Positions 1 to 13,200 of a stretch of DNA of 64,000 nt are shown here, one piece after another. Position 1 is the first letter of the stretch; each line of letters opens with the position of its first letter. The translations under genes and the position numbers were made by a program. The stretch covers positions 26,908,001 to 26,972,000 of the forward strand of contig NC_086106.1 of NCBI RefSeq assembly GCF_963921235.1. The letters run 5' to 3'. The stretch is from Mobula hypostoma (Eukaryota). The notes beneath the pieces were generated by a model that saw nothing but the letters and a program-made list of their open reading frames with translations, had not been told where the DNA came from and ran no database searches.

Positions 1-630
1 ACATATCCTTCAAGGAGAGCGAGAGGAATAGATCCACAATTGAATTGACAGTAGGAAGCTAAGGATGACGATGAAATGGTGTTTTCTGTTTCAACTGGAG
101 CCCATGGGAGACGGAACGGAATTACGTTCTCTAGAGATAGATTCCAAACCTTCTGAAATATACAGATAGAGTTCTGTGCAAAAGTCGAAAGCACATATAC
201 AAAAATCTTAGGCAAAATCTAGGATGCCTTAAACTTTTGAACAGTACTGTATTTGTCAACGTAGACTGGAGACCAAGTTGTACTTTAAGCGGGAAGAAAG
301 AATGCTGGAGATAGCGAGAGTAGGGCGCCGCTGGGGGAATGCGGGACAGATGGCAGGGAAGGAATGCCAGGAGCAAGGGGTGGCACAGGGGTACTATTTA
401 ATTCCAAACAGTTGGTTTATTGATCGTTACAGAATGTCTCTCTGGAGCTTCCCGCTCCATCCCTTCTTCCTTTCGCTTTTCCCAACAATGGTACCCCTCT
501 CCTTGCCCCCTTCGCACTGTCAGTACACAATAGAGACCCATATCAGAATCAGGTTTATCTTCACTCACATGTGACATGAAATTTGTTTTCTTTTCAGCAG
601 CAGCACGGTGTAATATATAAAAAAATGCTA

Positions 631-685
631 CAGTACTGCGCAAAATTCTTGGGGGGGGGGTGCCTCAGACTTTAGCAATGTACTG
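631..685. mobile_element. Miniature Tc1-type element made of two terminal inverted repeats around a G-run
   Basis: TA|CAGTACTGCGCAAAATTCTT-(G)10-TGCCTCAGACTTTAGCAATGTACTG. The ends are imperfect inverted repeats resembling the Tc1 terminus CAGTACTGTGCAAAAGTCTTAGGCA. The left TA is intact; the right flank is AA. Confidence 0.55.
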
Positions 686-1331
686 AATATCAATGACGAA
701 TAATAATGTACAAGGAATTACTGGCAACATTTCAAAATGGCGCTGAAATAAATTGTGGCATGTATATTGAATCTGGTCTTTAGGGATGACAGCAGGGCTT
801 TGATCATCTAGATAATTTTATCAAGGAATCAGAAATGGAGTTGCTTTCCGATGAATACGAGATGTTGGGTTATCACTGGAAGACCAGAACACCGCCCTGG
901 GATTGTTGCAGAACAGAAGTAATCCCGGGATCAAGTACACGATTCCTTAAAAGTCACAGATAGTCTGGGTGATAGCGAATGCTTTGGCACAATGGTTTTC
1001 ATTGGTCATGGAACTCGGCGTTATATTGCTGTTCCACAAGAGTAATAAATATGGAGAAATTAGCAATAGAGAACATGCAGACGGGCGTCAGGGGTGTTTC
1101 TTGAAAAGAAGGTCTTCAGTTTCAAAGAACGATAGAGATTCATTTTAATGGAATTTAATGCGCCGAATGTTGACCAAACATAGGCCAATAAAGTTACGTC
1201 TAGCGTGGACTTGGAAGGTTATCTTTCCTAAAACGTTTTCCGCAAACAATGGAGACCAGAACTCGAGAACATGAACTTCAGTTGAGTCAAGAGAATTTTA
1301 AATAAGAACAGAGGCATCAGCTATTCGGCAG

Positions 1332-1528
1332 GTTGTTGTTGTTGCTGCTCCACATCTCGCCCTCTGACGGATCGGGCGACTTTTTGCCGTTTCCGTAGCA
1401 CCTGACAGTTATTTTACGAGGCCGAGTTGCCAGCTAGACGCTCAACCCTGTGCGGATAGAACCGGCCGGATTCTAACTCGGGAACATTTGCCTCGAAGTC
1501 CGGTGCTGATACCACTACACCACTGGCC
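1332..1528 (-). mobile_element. tRNA-derived SINE
   Basis: Minus strand begins GGCCAGTGGTGTAGTGG (A box) and has a B-box-like GTTAGAATCC, ending in an (AAC)n tail. Similar to the + strand copy at 26606. Confidence 0.7.
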
Positions 1529-2040
1529 AAGGGCATGGATTTGGAAGATTATCTTTCCCAAGATGTGGGAAGTTATGATTGACGAAATTGTTGGAGTACC
1601 TAAGAGTATAAGTGAATGCAGGACCGCATTTTAAAGGAATAAAGTTTGAATTCTGCTCGGATACCGAAGTACAAGAGTTACAGTTGCATTGCAGAGGTTC
1701 AGGTGGTCTTGTTATTCTAATTTCCACGACACGTCCGTACTCACAAAGAACCTGGAAAGTATGAACCTTTGAAACTTCAATTAAAATGTAATTTTCCAGT
1801 TACATTGTTTCGTGAGTGCTCAGCTGGTGGTTGTGTAAATTGCGGTGTTAATAATAAAACTGATTACTCGATATAACACGATCTGAGCAGGTATTTGGAA
1901 TAGAAATCCGTAGTGAAATGACCTCGTATTCCCAAATGGTATTTACTTGCAATATAAGTATACATGTACCCAGACACCCAATTTGTACAACAGCGGAATG
2001 CAATTTGTATGCATACACATGGTGATCACCTCGACAGAAA

Positions 2041-4402
2041 ATGACTTGTACAAGTACTACTGCTGTACAAATACTACTATTTCCCAATTTTAGCAGCATT
2101 CGGAGTAACCGGTAGGTCATTGATGGATTGTAAGTTGGATCAGACTGAAATGTCCATCATGCTCCCGATGCTCTGTGGAGTTTGCAAATAGACAAAGAAA
2201 TGAATGACAAGTTAATTGTGGACATGCTAGACAGAATACTTGGAGCGTAAATCTGTGCTGATCGTTTGGACTGTAGGTTGTTATTTGGAAATGGAAAAAA
2301 AATCACCCCTAAGATCTTGGCATTGAGTTCAACGGAATCTGAAAGGAACTGCCTGAAAAGGAGGACGAGTCAGATTTCATTCAACGAGGAAGAGGCAGAT
2401 GGTAGATAAAATTCAAAACCTGGAAGTGGGAGGAAGAACCCGGTCTCCATTTAGAAGATATAAGTAGTAGAAAGTCATGGCGGACATCATGGCGAGAAAG
2501 TCCTCCAGTCCGTCCCAACTGATATTTGAAACTATTATTTACGGAGACTACCAGGACATGCCTTCCTGCCTTATTTTGAAGAGCTGAGTGCACTTTGAGT
2601 CTGTAGCATTTTTAGTATTACAGCCTGATATTGACAGGTCTCTCAGCCACATAAATTGGGATGTGTTGTCCTTTGATCAGGATGGATTAAGTACTTTCAT
2701 ATCGCAGCAGAATAGTTTTGTTTAATTTTGATATTAATAAGAGTCATTTCTGCCAATGTGGTTGTTTCTATCAAGCTGCCAAGGGAACTCCCGCTGTTTT
2801 TTGACACATGCTTATAATTCACGCTGTAAATATTTGACGAATGCGAATTTTAAGGAACAGAGCAGATTTGTGATGGCAGATCACTGGACATAAAATTCGA
2901 GCTTTTGCTGGAACGAATAGCAGCGTATGGAGTTTATAGAACAGATGGGAAGAGCGTCTGTTTGATTTTGCGCTGTACCTCGTATAGCGTCTGAACTCCA
3001 ACCATCTTCTTTACCGTCCCCTTTCCCTCTTCTTTTCCCCACTCTGGCCTCTTAGCTCTTTTCTCCTGCCTATCACCTCACTTTGGGTCCATCCTCTTTC
3101 CCTTTCTCCTGCTGTCTACTCTCTTCTCCTATCAGGTTCCTTCTTCTGCAGCCCGTTACCTTTCTTACCCGCCTGGCTTCACCCTTCACCTACCAGCTAT
3201 CCACCTTCCCCTCCTCCAAGCTTTTTATTTTGGTTTCTTCCTCCTTCTTTTTCAGTTCTGAAGAATGCTCACGGCCCGAAACGTCGTTTCATTTCTATAG
3301 ATACTGCTAGACCTGCTGGGTCCCTCCTGCGTTTTGTGTGTGTTGCTGTCTATTTACAAGTTTGCTTTGATCAATTTGACGTTCTCCCCGAAGTTAAACA
3401 CTGCTGTGAAACATTTCCTTGTTGATACCAGTGCGATCCTTCTGCAGTTCGCAGCATTTGTTCCTTTAAACGCTGGTTTTCATCCTTCGCACTTATTTAC
3501 ATTTTTGCACTTTTAAAGCAGGAATTAAAATTGATTATTTTATACGCATGAAATATGTGTGCCTGTGTGAAAGATCATGGACCAGAAACAAAGGAAGGGA
3601 AACATTTTTTTTAAATGTCAATTTGCAGTCGGAGCAATACGAATTAAATAACTAAATTCCTTTCACTTCCAGTACTCTTTCTTGTTCTACACTCCCGTCT
3701 GCAAGTTAATTCTCTTCCTATCGTCCGCGACTGTCGAGTATTCTGTTTGGTTCACGGTTGCTTTCACGTTTGATCGATTTGTTGCCATTTCCACTCATTA
3801 ACTAGCAACGAAATACCGCACCGACCGAACAGCGGTGATGGTTCTTGCGGCTCGAAGTACGATCTTCTGTTTTAAGAACATTCCTTGACCTTTTGCGTAC
3901 GTTATTTAATTCCCTGTCAAAAATATTTTGCGGGGTTGTCGTATATTGCTGACATTTTATATATATCCGGAATGGGTTGCATTTTCTTTGCAGACCAGCT
4001 GTTAACTCCAGTGATTCCGTTCTGTTTAATTGTATTGCTCAATTCGCTGACCGTCCGGCGCATTTTGGTCGCTAATCAGGTGCGCAAAAGCCTCCGAGAC
4101 TCCAGCAGCGAGGATCCCGAGATGGTGAACCGTAGGAGGTCCATCATTTTGCTGCTCGCCATCTCCAGCAGTTTTATTCTACTCTGGGCACAAGTCTTGC
4201 ATATTTTGTTTACTACCGTGCTATAAGATTTTTTCGACTCAGAGGTTTCACGAGTCGGTTTCAATCGTTTGAAAGTCCTGCGATTATGCTTCAGATACTC
4301 AGCTGCTTCACAAACACAATCATTGACACCGCGACGCAGCGAAAGTTCAGAGAAGATTTGTTCTACGTGCTCAAATATCCCATCACTCTAATTAAATATT
4401 AA
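2041..4402 (+). pseudogene. GPR139/GPR142-like class A GPCR pseudogene (lineage-expanded chondrichthyan type)
   Basis: Probable exon 1 encodes YYYFPILAAFGVT with a phase-1 donor G|GTAGGT at 2111/2112; the ATG at 2041 is out of frame. Body 3661-4402: YSFLFYTPVCKL..SVWFTVAFTFDRFVAI (TM3, DRF at 3772-3780), stops at 3799 and 3886, frameshift into LLTPVIPFCLIVLLNSLTVRRILVA..DPEMVNRRRSIILLLAISSSFILLW (TM5-6), second frameshift into MLQILSCFTNTII..TQRKFREDL..KYPITLIKY* (TM7/helix 8, TAA 4400-4402). Confidence 0.85.
3001..3345 (+). mobile_element. Penelope-like element 3' end (pseudo-LTR) with a degenerate hammerhead motif
   Basis: Pyrimidine-rich tract followed by CTGAAGA...GGCCCGAAACGTC (3258-3285) and the GATACTGCTAGACCTGCTG...TTTTGTGTGTGTTGCT tail shared with the insert at 14166-14268. 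Confidence 0.65.
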
Positions 4403-5365
4403 GTGAAATAATGCATATTTGTTTTTCAGAAGCATGGTGACAGAAATCCGTTGGATAGTGACGGTCAAAATATTGGATGATAAATGAGTTTTGGTTGAAA
4501 AATGTTAAAATCAAAACAGAATTCCCATTCTACAAGACCAGGAATTGACGTAGTGATACACAAATGACACTTGGCCCTCATTAAAGCTGACATATGTTGT
4601 TTCCCCATACGAAATGCTGTCCTTTAAAACCATGCGCGTTTTCTTATGATCGACACTTGAAATTGTGCAACGTAAATATCCCTTTTAACCAAAGGTTCAC
4701 AGACTGAGTTCCATGGAAACCTCGGTTAATTGTAGGGGTCCATGGCATAAACAAGTTAGGAACCCCTTCTTTAAATTATACTCATTCTAATATCTGAAAA
4801 AGGTGTAATTCATTTCGAGGATCTCCCCGAAACCATTCATGTTTCTTTGACAGCCGCCAAGAGGTGAAATTCATGATAATGCCATTGCTTGTATCCGTCA
4901 TGATACATTATTGTGACCAGGAAGTCCATGCAGTTGATAAAGTTCTTTGGAAGACTTTTGAACGTTCCTATTGCATGATTTTCAGAAGTAGGAGTTGTAT
5001 TTAATCTGGTTTATGACATATTGCATAATATAGTTATTGTCATTAAAAGCGTTATCGGTTTCTACTGAACTATTTAGCAGCAAATACAATTAACGGGAGT
5101 GGGTGGAGTTAAGACGAACAAACATTATTCGTCTTTAATTAGTCTTAATATTTCATCTTTGCAAGGAGATTGCAGTGCACCTCTGTAAAATTACTCTGAA
5201 GGATAAATTAAATGAACTGTGCGGGAAAGCAATGACGAAGGCTTTCTTTATGGTTTCAGACCGTTCAGAAATTTGATGGAGGAGGAAATGATTCTGCTTC
5301 AGAATTACGAAGCGTGATGTGTAATCTCCAGTACTCATTTCCTTTTTTATTTTTGGCGGAAGCCT

Positions 5366-5450
5366 GTGTGAGTGCACGTCTTGCGTCTGCGTCTGCGTGT
5401 GCGTGCGTGCGCGTCTGTGCGTCTGCGTCTGCATGTCCGTGCGTGCGTGA
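5366..5450. repeat. Mixed (GCGTCT/GCGT/GT)n purine-pyrimidine low-complexity repeat
   Basis: tgcgtctgcgtctgcgtgtgcgtgcgtgcgcgtctgtgcgtctgcg... Confidence 0.9.
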
Positions 5451-5559
5451 TGATGTCTTTTTTATGGCTTTTACAAGGCGCGCCACTCCTCATGAAAATA
5501 TTTTCGCAGTATTTTCCCTTTCTGAGAAATAAAAGGCGTGATAGATGGAGGTAGTTGCC

Positions 5560-8500
5560 CCTAAGTGGCAGCAGGCAGGCACCTGGGTGAATGTCAGGAG
5601 ATGGAAAGTAAATGAGCAGCCACTGCACTGAACCACTGTAGCGTTACCCTCAATAATAAATATACCGCTTTGGATACTCCGGTGGTTGGGGCGGGGGTGT
5701 TACTCTGGCACTGTGACTCATAAGGGAACGGGGAGAAGATAGTTTAGGGGGTATGTCAACAGTGTTCTGTGGACGTAAAACCGACACCTGGATGGTATAT
5801 TGCCTAACAAGTGCTAGGATCAGGAGGGTCTTGGGTCCGCTCTATGGCAATCGATAGGGGAGGAGTGAGCACACAGAAGGCTTGGTACTTATTGGCACCG
5901 ATGAGAGAGTTAGAAAAAGACAGAAGACCCTGAAGAGAGAATTCAGGGGACTAGGCAGAAAGCTAAAAAGCAGAAGATGTAGGGTAGGTATGTATGGGTT
6001 GCTGCCTGTGCAACGCACCACTGAGGGTAAGAATATGATGACTTGGCAACGCAACGCGTTATTGAGGAATTTGTGCAAGGGGCATGGTTTCAGAATTCTG
6101 GATCATTGGGATCTCATCTGGGAAAGCTATGCCTTGAACAAAAGTGGGGGGGGGGTTATGCCTGAACCCAAGGAGGACCAACACCATTGCAGGTAGGTTT
6201 GCTGGGAATGTGGGGCAGTATTTAAACTAATTTGGAGAGGGGATGGGAGTCGGAGTAATAGGACAATTAGTATACAAGCAGAGGCAGTGTGAGCGAGACT
6301 CTCAAGACGGACAGGCTGATAAAAGAGCACAATTGCATTCATTGGAATGAGTCACAGTGTAATAAAGGAACAGAATCAAAAAGGATGACGAATACAGGAC
6401 ATGGTGTTATATCTGAATGCACGCAATATACAGAATAAGGTAAATAATCTTTTAGCGTAGTTAATTTGGCAAGTATGAAGTTGTGAGCATCATTCAATTG
6501 TGGCTAAAGGAAGATCTTCGTTCCGAGCTTAATGTCCAAGAGTACACAATCTATCGAAAGGACAGGCATGGATACACAGTGGGTGGTATGGATCTGTAGG
6601 TAAAAAGAAAACAGTGAAATCAAAAACGGTGACACATGATGGGAAAATATGGAATCGCTGTCGGTAGAGGTAAGGAGCTCCAAGTGCAAAATGACCCAAC
6701 TGGGAGTTATTTTCAGGCCTCCGAACAGCAGAGAGGAACTGAAACAAGTGGACCATACCTCAGGACTCTGAAAAGGTAGTTGAACAGATTTTGGAGGCAT
6801 CAGTAATGATATTTGAAGGATCAATACATTCTGGCATGGTTCCAGAGATGAGGTAAATTGCATAAGCCACTCCACTCTTCAAGAAGGGAGGGAAACAGAA
6901 GAAAGGAAATTGTCAGCTGGTTAGTTTGACTACAGTGATCGCGAAGATGATGGAATTGATTGCGATGGCTGAGATTTCAGGGTACTTGAAGGCACATGAT
7001 TAAATAGGCAAAGTCAACAAGGCTTCCTTAAGGAAAATACTGCCCGAAAAATCAGTTGGAATTCTTTGCCGAAATAACAAGTAGAAGATTCAAAGGAGGA
7101 TCCATGGGTGTTGTGTACTTGTATTTTCAGAAGGCCGTTGACAAGGTACCGCACATGAGGCTGCTTAGAGCCCACGTTATTACAGGAAAGATGTTAGCAT
7201 GTATAGAGAATTGGTTTGAATCAAAGTATGGGTAGAAATAAAACCTTTTCTGATTAGCTGCCGGTGATGTGGTGTTCCTCAGGAGTCGCTATTGGGACCA
7301 CATTTTACGTTGTAAGTCAATAATTTGGAAGACGAAATTTACAACTTTGTGCGACATTTGCGGACGATACAAAGATCGGTGGATGCGCAGATGTTTATTG
7401 AGGAAGCAGGGAGGCTACAGAAGGACAGACAGATTAGCAGAATGAGTACAGAGGTAGAAGATGGAATACCGAGTCGGGAAGTCTTTGGTCATGCACTTCG
7501 GTGAAAGGAATAAAAGCGTAGACTACTTCGTAAACGGGAGAAAATTTCAAATATAAGAGGTGCAAAAATAGTTGGGAGTGTTACGTACCCCGTAACTGGG
7601 TTGCCAAACCAGCAGAAATGGATCACTCAGTTGGAGTCTGGAGTACTAGAACTAAGAAAGTTTTATTAAAGAAACAAGCAACACAGTAATCGGAAGGATA
7701 ATAAATGCAACAGTTCAGCAATGATAACCACTCATGTGCACAGAATTAAGATAACAGCATCAATCAAGCTCTATCGTTGTCTAGGGGTAAATGACCAAAT
7801 TTCAAAATGACTCAAAGTTCAGTCCAGTTAGTAGTTCAGTTCGCAGTAATCGTTGCCATGGCGATGGACAAGGTGGGGGAAGAGGGAGATAGAACAGGAA
7901 CAACTGATCATTCAGAACGGCTTCACTCACAGACCGGCGAGATTGCTCACAAGCAACTTTTGGGCGGGTCCTTGGTGATGTCACCTGAGGTCACCGACTG
8001 TGACCCCTCCTCCAGATGCGGTCGATCCTCTGCAGCGAACCCGGCACCCAGGCAAGGGCGGACACACACCGGGTTCCCGCTGATCGTACCTTTCCACCCT
8101 GGTCGTTGTCTGATACTTCTCACCCACTCGTGAGAGGCGCACCGCTTCCAGGGTCTCGTTACCTCGGGTGGTGTGTGTGTCCTGCCTTAGCGAACCTGTC
8201 CCTTTTTATCCCCCTGCTGGGGCATCGCCTGTCCATCACTTCAAACAGTTCAAGGTTCAAAGAGGGGAGCCGCTCCAGACAGCTCTCTCTCCCACATTCC
8301 TTCATTACACATCTCCAGACGCTGCTCCATTGTTCCTTATCTCTCCTTCCCCTGAGGGCAGGTGGCAGACCACTTGCTGATGTCACTGATGCTAACCCAG
8401 GCCAGCAAACATCTTAATTTTATGTGTATTCTCGTCACAGGAGTCCTCGTGCAGGATTCACAAAAGTTAACTTGCAAGTTGTGCGGTGGTGAGGGAGGCA

Positions 8501-8600
8501 GGTATGATGTTAATATTCATTTCGAGAGGACTAGAATATAAAAGCAAGACTTGAGACATTGCTTAGAGTATTCTGAGCAGTAATGGGCATCTTAGGATCA
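5560..8600 (+). mobile_element. Degraded CR1 LINE (ORF1 esterase remnant plus ORF2), interrupted by the solo LTR at 7579-8439
   Basis: ORF 5882-6196 (IGTD..KREFRGLGRKLK..GHGFRILDHWDL) resembles the CR1 ORF1 SGNH domain. Downstream RT remnants include ttcagaaggccgttgacaaggtaccgcacatgaggct and tttgcggacgatacaaag (FADDTK). Confidence 0.85.
7579..8439 (-). mobile_element. Solo LTR (861 bp) with a 4-bp target-site duplication
   Basis: TG...CA termini, GGAG on both sides (7575-7578 and 8440-8443), and the flanks rejoin into contiguous CR1 sequence (ttgggag|tcctcgtgcaggattc). A polyA-like AATAAA lies on the minus strand near 7665. Confidence 0.9.
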
Positions 8601-8605
8601 TAGAG

Positions 8606-9010
8606 TGTTGCAATGAGCGAATGAAGCGAACCCAACTGCAGGACACAGGCAGGGAGATTGAGTTAGAATTCTTACGCGGCCGGAAGCGTTGAACAGCAAA
8701 CAGGAGGGATCTTGACACGGTGCCTTGACACAGAGAGAGGGAGTTTCATAGCTAAACCTTGAAGTTGGAGCAAAACTTCGAACACACGGTCCTAAGCGGC
8801 CCGGAAACATAAATTACCACACAGGGAAAACCAACGCTCTGGCGATTAATAGTTGTAACGCCGGGGTTCTTCTGCTGCAGGTCTCGATCGAAACCAGGTG
8901 TGCCGTCATCAAAGAGAATTAGAATCAAATGGGAAATTAATAGTCGGAACCCTGGCACAATCAAAGGAAATTAGGAGAATGATAGGGAATTAACGATCGG
9001 GACCGTGACA
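8606..9010 (-). mobile_element. Solo LTR (405 bp) with a 5-bp TSD
   Basis: TGTTGCA...GTGACA termini with TAGAG at 8601-8605 and 9011-9015. The ends resemble the LTR at 14363-14753 in opposite orientation. Confidence 0.85.
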
Positions 9011-9029
9011 TAGAGAAACAGGTATTTAA

Positions 9030-9890
9030 ATGCTCTCGGCTTGTCATGACAAGCTTGGTTTTACCATAAAACCAGGGCGAACCAAAAGGGTCAGACCAGT
9101 TACGCTCACAGATCTCGACATAGTCATGCTCGCTGACCAAATAGAGGAAGCACAGCAGCTACTGACAAAAGTGGACATTAAATGCAATAAAGTTGGACTT
9201 CACCTAAACGCTAAAAAGACAGAGTACATGGCGTTTAACTGCAACGAAGGTACTCTCAAAACCGTAGAGAATTATACCATTAAGAAAGTGGTTGACTACA
9301 AGTACCTCGGGTCAAGAATGATGAGTTCGGAGAAGGACATGAAGATACAGAAGGCGGTGGCGTGGATGGCTATGAACGACATGAAGGAAATCTGGAAGTC
9401 GAACCTGACCAGAGGGCTCAAGAAGAGGATTTTCAGAGCAGTCATAGAGTCCATTCTCACGTACGGATGCGAGACGTGGACACTCACCAAGACGATGCGA
9501 AAATCTCCAGATGTTTGCTGTACACGAATGCTCCGGATGGCTCTTGAAGTGAGTTGGCAATAGCACATGACGAACGTCGAGCTCTACAACAACCAACCGA
9601 CGCTCACCACTAAAATAGAGGCAAGAAGACTGCAACTAATGGGGCACAGTCTACGCCACCCCGAACTACCTTTCAGCCTAGTCATCATATGGGAGCTCAA
9701 GCACGGGAGGATGAACCCTGGACGCCCTCACAAGACTATGGTCAACACGCTCCTAGAAGACAGCGGCACGGATAAGGTACATGAACTGAACACACTGATG
9801 AGGGAGAGGGAGAAGTGAAGAGTCCGTCATCGTGCCCCACTCCGGCACCCTAGGCATGAGTCGACGTAGTCGTTGTAGTAGTAGTAGTAG
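9030..9890 (+). mobile_element. 5'-truncated RTE-type non-LTR retrotransposon (RT C-terminal part)
   Basis: ORF 9030-9563 contains GLHLNAKKTEYM, YKYLGS, IFRAVIESILTYGCETWTLT; it continues in ORF 9567-9818 (RRLQLMGH) and ends in a (TAG)n tail at about 9876-9890. Confidence 0.85.
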
Positions 9891-9899
9891 GAGGAGGAG

Positions 9900-10310
9900 G
9901 CGGAGCTGTAGGGGGCCTGTCTACTTCATGCCTAAAGCATTAGCTACCTGCTGCCATTGATATGCACCGGGACTACAGCCCGCCATACCCCTACTATCCA
10001 TATACCTATCCGAACTTCGCTTAAAAGTTGAGACCGTGCTCGCATGCATCACTTGGGCTAACAGCTCATTCCACACTCTGACGACCCTCTGAGTGAAGAA
10101 CGTTCCCCTCATGTTCCCCGTAAACTTTTCACCTTTTACTTTTAGCGTCTGTTTGCAGTTCCGCCGAACCTCAGTGGAAAAAGCCTGCTGGCATTTACCT
10201 TATCTGTATCCGTCATACCCTTGTATACCTCTATCAAATCTTCTCTCAGTCTTATAAGTTCTAAGGAATAAAGACCTAACCTATTTAATCCTTCCTTTTA
10301 ACTCGGGCCC
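9900..10310 (-). mobile_element. CR1 LINE 3' fragment
   Basis: Minus ORF MRGTFFTQRVVRVWNELLAQV..FKRSSDRYMD, typical of the CR1 ORF2 C-terminus. Confidence 0.8.
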
Positions 10311-10799
10311 TCCAGATTATAGGAGTATCGTCGACGCTTCGGGCCGAGAACTACCATCGGGTCATTTCATATGGGTAATGTTTGATGGCTCTAGGCCTGT
10401 ACATTCTGTAATTTAGAATAATTGAAACCTCATTGATACCTATCGAATGCTGAAAGGCCTGGCTGGAGTGGGCTGTGAATAGGATGTTTCCTGTAGTGGG
10501 AAATCTGGGATCCGAATGGGGGGCATCCATTTAGGACGAAAATGAGGAGGAATTTCTTTAATAATACGATGGTGAATATATGGAATTCATTTGCTACAGT
10601 TTGCTATGGAGGGCAGGTCATTAAGTGTATTTAAGGTGGAGGCTGATTCTTGATAAGTTAGGGTTTGAAACATTACGAAGTGAAGGCAGGCGAATGGGAC
10701 TGATAGAGAAAGTGATCGTTCACGATCAGATGGCCGAGCAGATTCGATGGGCCAAATTGCTGAGTTCTGCTCCTGTGTTTTATTGCCCAATGGTTTTAT

Positions 10800-11930
10800 C
10801 GTTTACACATAATCATGTAGCATTCGATAGCAGTTTGGGAGCAGGAACACCGACGTCAATCCCTAGGCCTGTGAAGAAGAGTAGCTGGAATCCCTTAAGG
10901 CATTCAAAGGAGAACATGCCAGTGGGTGACGTCAGGAGCAGGAGCTGAAAGTGGTCAAGATCTGCCCAAACCAATTACGGGCTCCAGGAGGTAGGATTAG
11001 AAGAGGTAAGGCCACGCAGGGTTATCTGCAGGTCCTGCTTCACTCTCAAGTCTTGCCGTTAGGTTGGGAGTGAAAACCAGATGAGAGGCCCGGCTGTGAC
11101 TCCCACAAACGAACATAAGGCCTTCCAAAGCGGAAAGAGAACTGTGGCCTTCCATCAATCACTATGTCCTGAGGGAATCCTTGCAGCCTGAACACATGCT
11201 GATCCATGAGGCTGGGAGTCTCTGGAGTCGACAGGAGCTTAAGCAGAGCCGAAAATTGAGCAAAACTGTGGAATCGCTCAAGACCGCAGAATGGTAATGC
11301 ATCCATCAAACAGAGGCAGAATGGTGGTGGAATCCGTCAAGAGGTGGGGCAGAGGCAGCAGGCACAGGCCGCGGACATAGCAGACCTGCAGTGCGCTGCC
11401 ATAATGTCTAGTGCTGGGCACAAGAGCGTCAGGCAGAGACGAAGTCGAGGATGTTCTTGTACATAACTGGCCACCATAAACGTCTCTTGATAAATTCCAG
11501 GATCCTTTGAATTCACAAGTGGCCAACCAGACGAGAGGAGTAACTCTTTCTCAATATTCTGGGGGCGCATCGTTCGGAGGCCCCACACCTGGGCAAGGAT
11601 CCGGCTGTTGGGAGGCCCTCTCCACCGACACTATTGCCTGAATTACCAGAACGGCAATGGACTTTGGATTGGCCTGGTCTTGAGACAGATTGAACTGCCT
11701 CGAGAGAGCATTGGCCTTTGTAGTCTTGCTGCCGGGTCGGCAGGGGGCGGTTAAGTTAAACTGTGTGACGAAGATGGCCCACGGAATTGTCCCGAATATA
11801 GGAGGTTACAGAAACCTTGGGCCACAAAGGCTCGGGACAGACTTGACTTTGACTGTGATCTGTCCATATCAGAACATGGTGCTCTGCTGCTCCCCGGCCA
11901 GCATCTCCTTGCTTCCAGCGCTTATAAGAC
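10800..11930 (-). mobile_element. Gypsy-type LTR retrotransposon integrase relic (frameshifted)
   Basis: Minus-strand peptides HVFRLQGFPQDIVIDGRPQF and LSSGFHSQPNGKT (integrase core), preceded by a decayed zinc-finger region (DPGIYQET..YVQE; MSAACACC). Confidence 0.75.
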
Positions 11931-13200
11931 CATGACTATAAGACCATACGGTCTGAGAGTAAAATTAGGAATTTGGCCATTTCTGCCCGCCATTTCATCA
12001 TGGCTAAACCAATCTTTCTCTAGCCCCCAAATCCTGCCTTCTCCCCATATCCCTTCATGGCCTGACAAATCAAGAACCGATCAAGTTCTGTCTTATATAT
12101 ACAGGAAGACTTGGGCTCCACAGGTGCCGGTGGCGATGAATTTCACAGATTCACCACTCTCTGGCTAAAGGAATGCCTCCTCATTTCCGTTTTACAAGAA
12201 CTTCCCTCTAAGCTGAAGCTGTGCCCTCTGGTCTTAGATTCTCCCACTATAGGAAGCATCCTCTTCGCATCCACTCTGTCAAATTTCACCATTTGATTGG
12301 TTGCAATGAGTTCTACCCCTCATCATTCTGAATTCAACTGAATATGGCCTAAATCAGAGAACGCTTGTCATGTGACAAGCCATTCAATTCTGGAATCATT
12401 TTCGTGAAATTCCTTTGAAACCTCTTCAGTTTCTGCATATTTTTCTTCGAGGATCAGGGGTCCAAAACTGCTGAAAATATTCCAAGTGAGGCCTCACCAG
12501 TGCTTTATAAATGTCAACATGGCATCCTCGCTTTTATATTCTCGTCCTCTTGAAATTAATGCTAACATTTGCCTCCCTCAGCATAGACTCACACGCAAAT
12601 TCACCTTTATGCAATCCTATACAAAGAATCAAAGCTCTCTCGCAGCTCAGGTTTTTTTTTTTGCATTTTCTTTCCATTTCGACAGTGATCAACAATTTCA
12701 TTTCGTCTTCCATTCACTTTCCGACACTATATTCCAACTACCATTTCCTTGCCCATTATTCTAACGTATCTAAGTCCTCGTGTAGCCTCTCAACGTCCTC
12801 AAGACTACTTGCTCCTCCACCTACCTTCACATCGTCTGCAAACTTTGAAACAAATGCGCTGCACCTGTTTGACCAGAGCATAATAAAATAAATGGTATTC
12901 GTCGTGGTTTTCTTAAAGGAAAATCTTGCCTGACACATCTGCTGAAATTATTTGAACAGATCAAAAGCAGAATAGACAAAGGATGATCGTGTACTTCGAT
13001 TTAGAGAAGGCGATGGAAAAGGTGGCACTCATGAGGATACTAAAAAGGAACGAGTGTATAGTGTTATCGGAAAGTTTCCAGCATTGCTAAAGCAGTGGCT
13101 GATTGGCAGGAGGCAATGCGTGGGAACATTGGGAGCCGGTAACCCGTAGTGGTCAACAGTGGTTTATTGTGGCGTCAATTCCTTTTTCGGTATATGTCAA
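11930..13200. mobile_element. Mosaic of degraded CR1 fragments
   Basis: Minus-strand KFADDVKVGG at about 12820-12850 and a CR1 3' end near 11930 (agaccatgactataagaccat); + strand RT remnants from about 12890. Confidence 0.7.
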
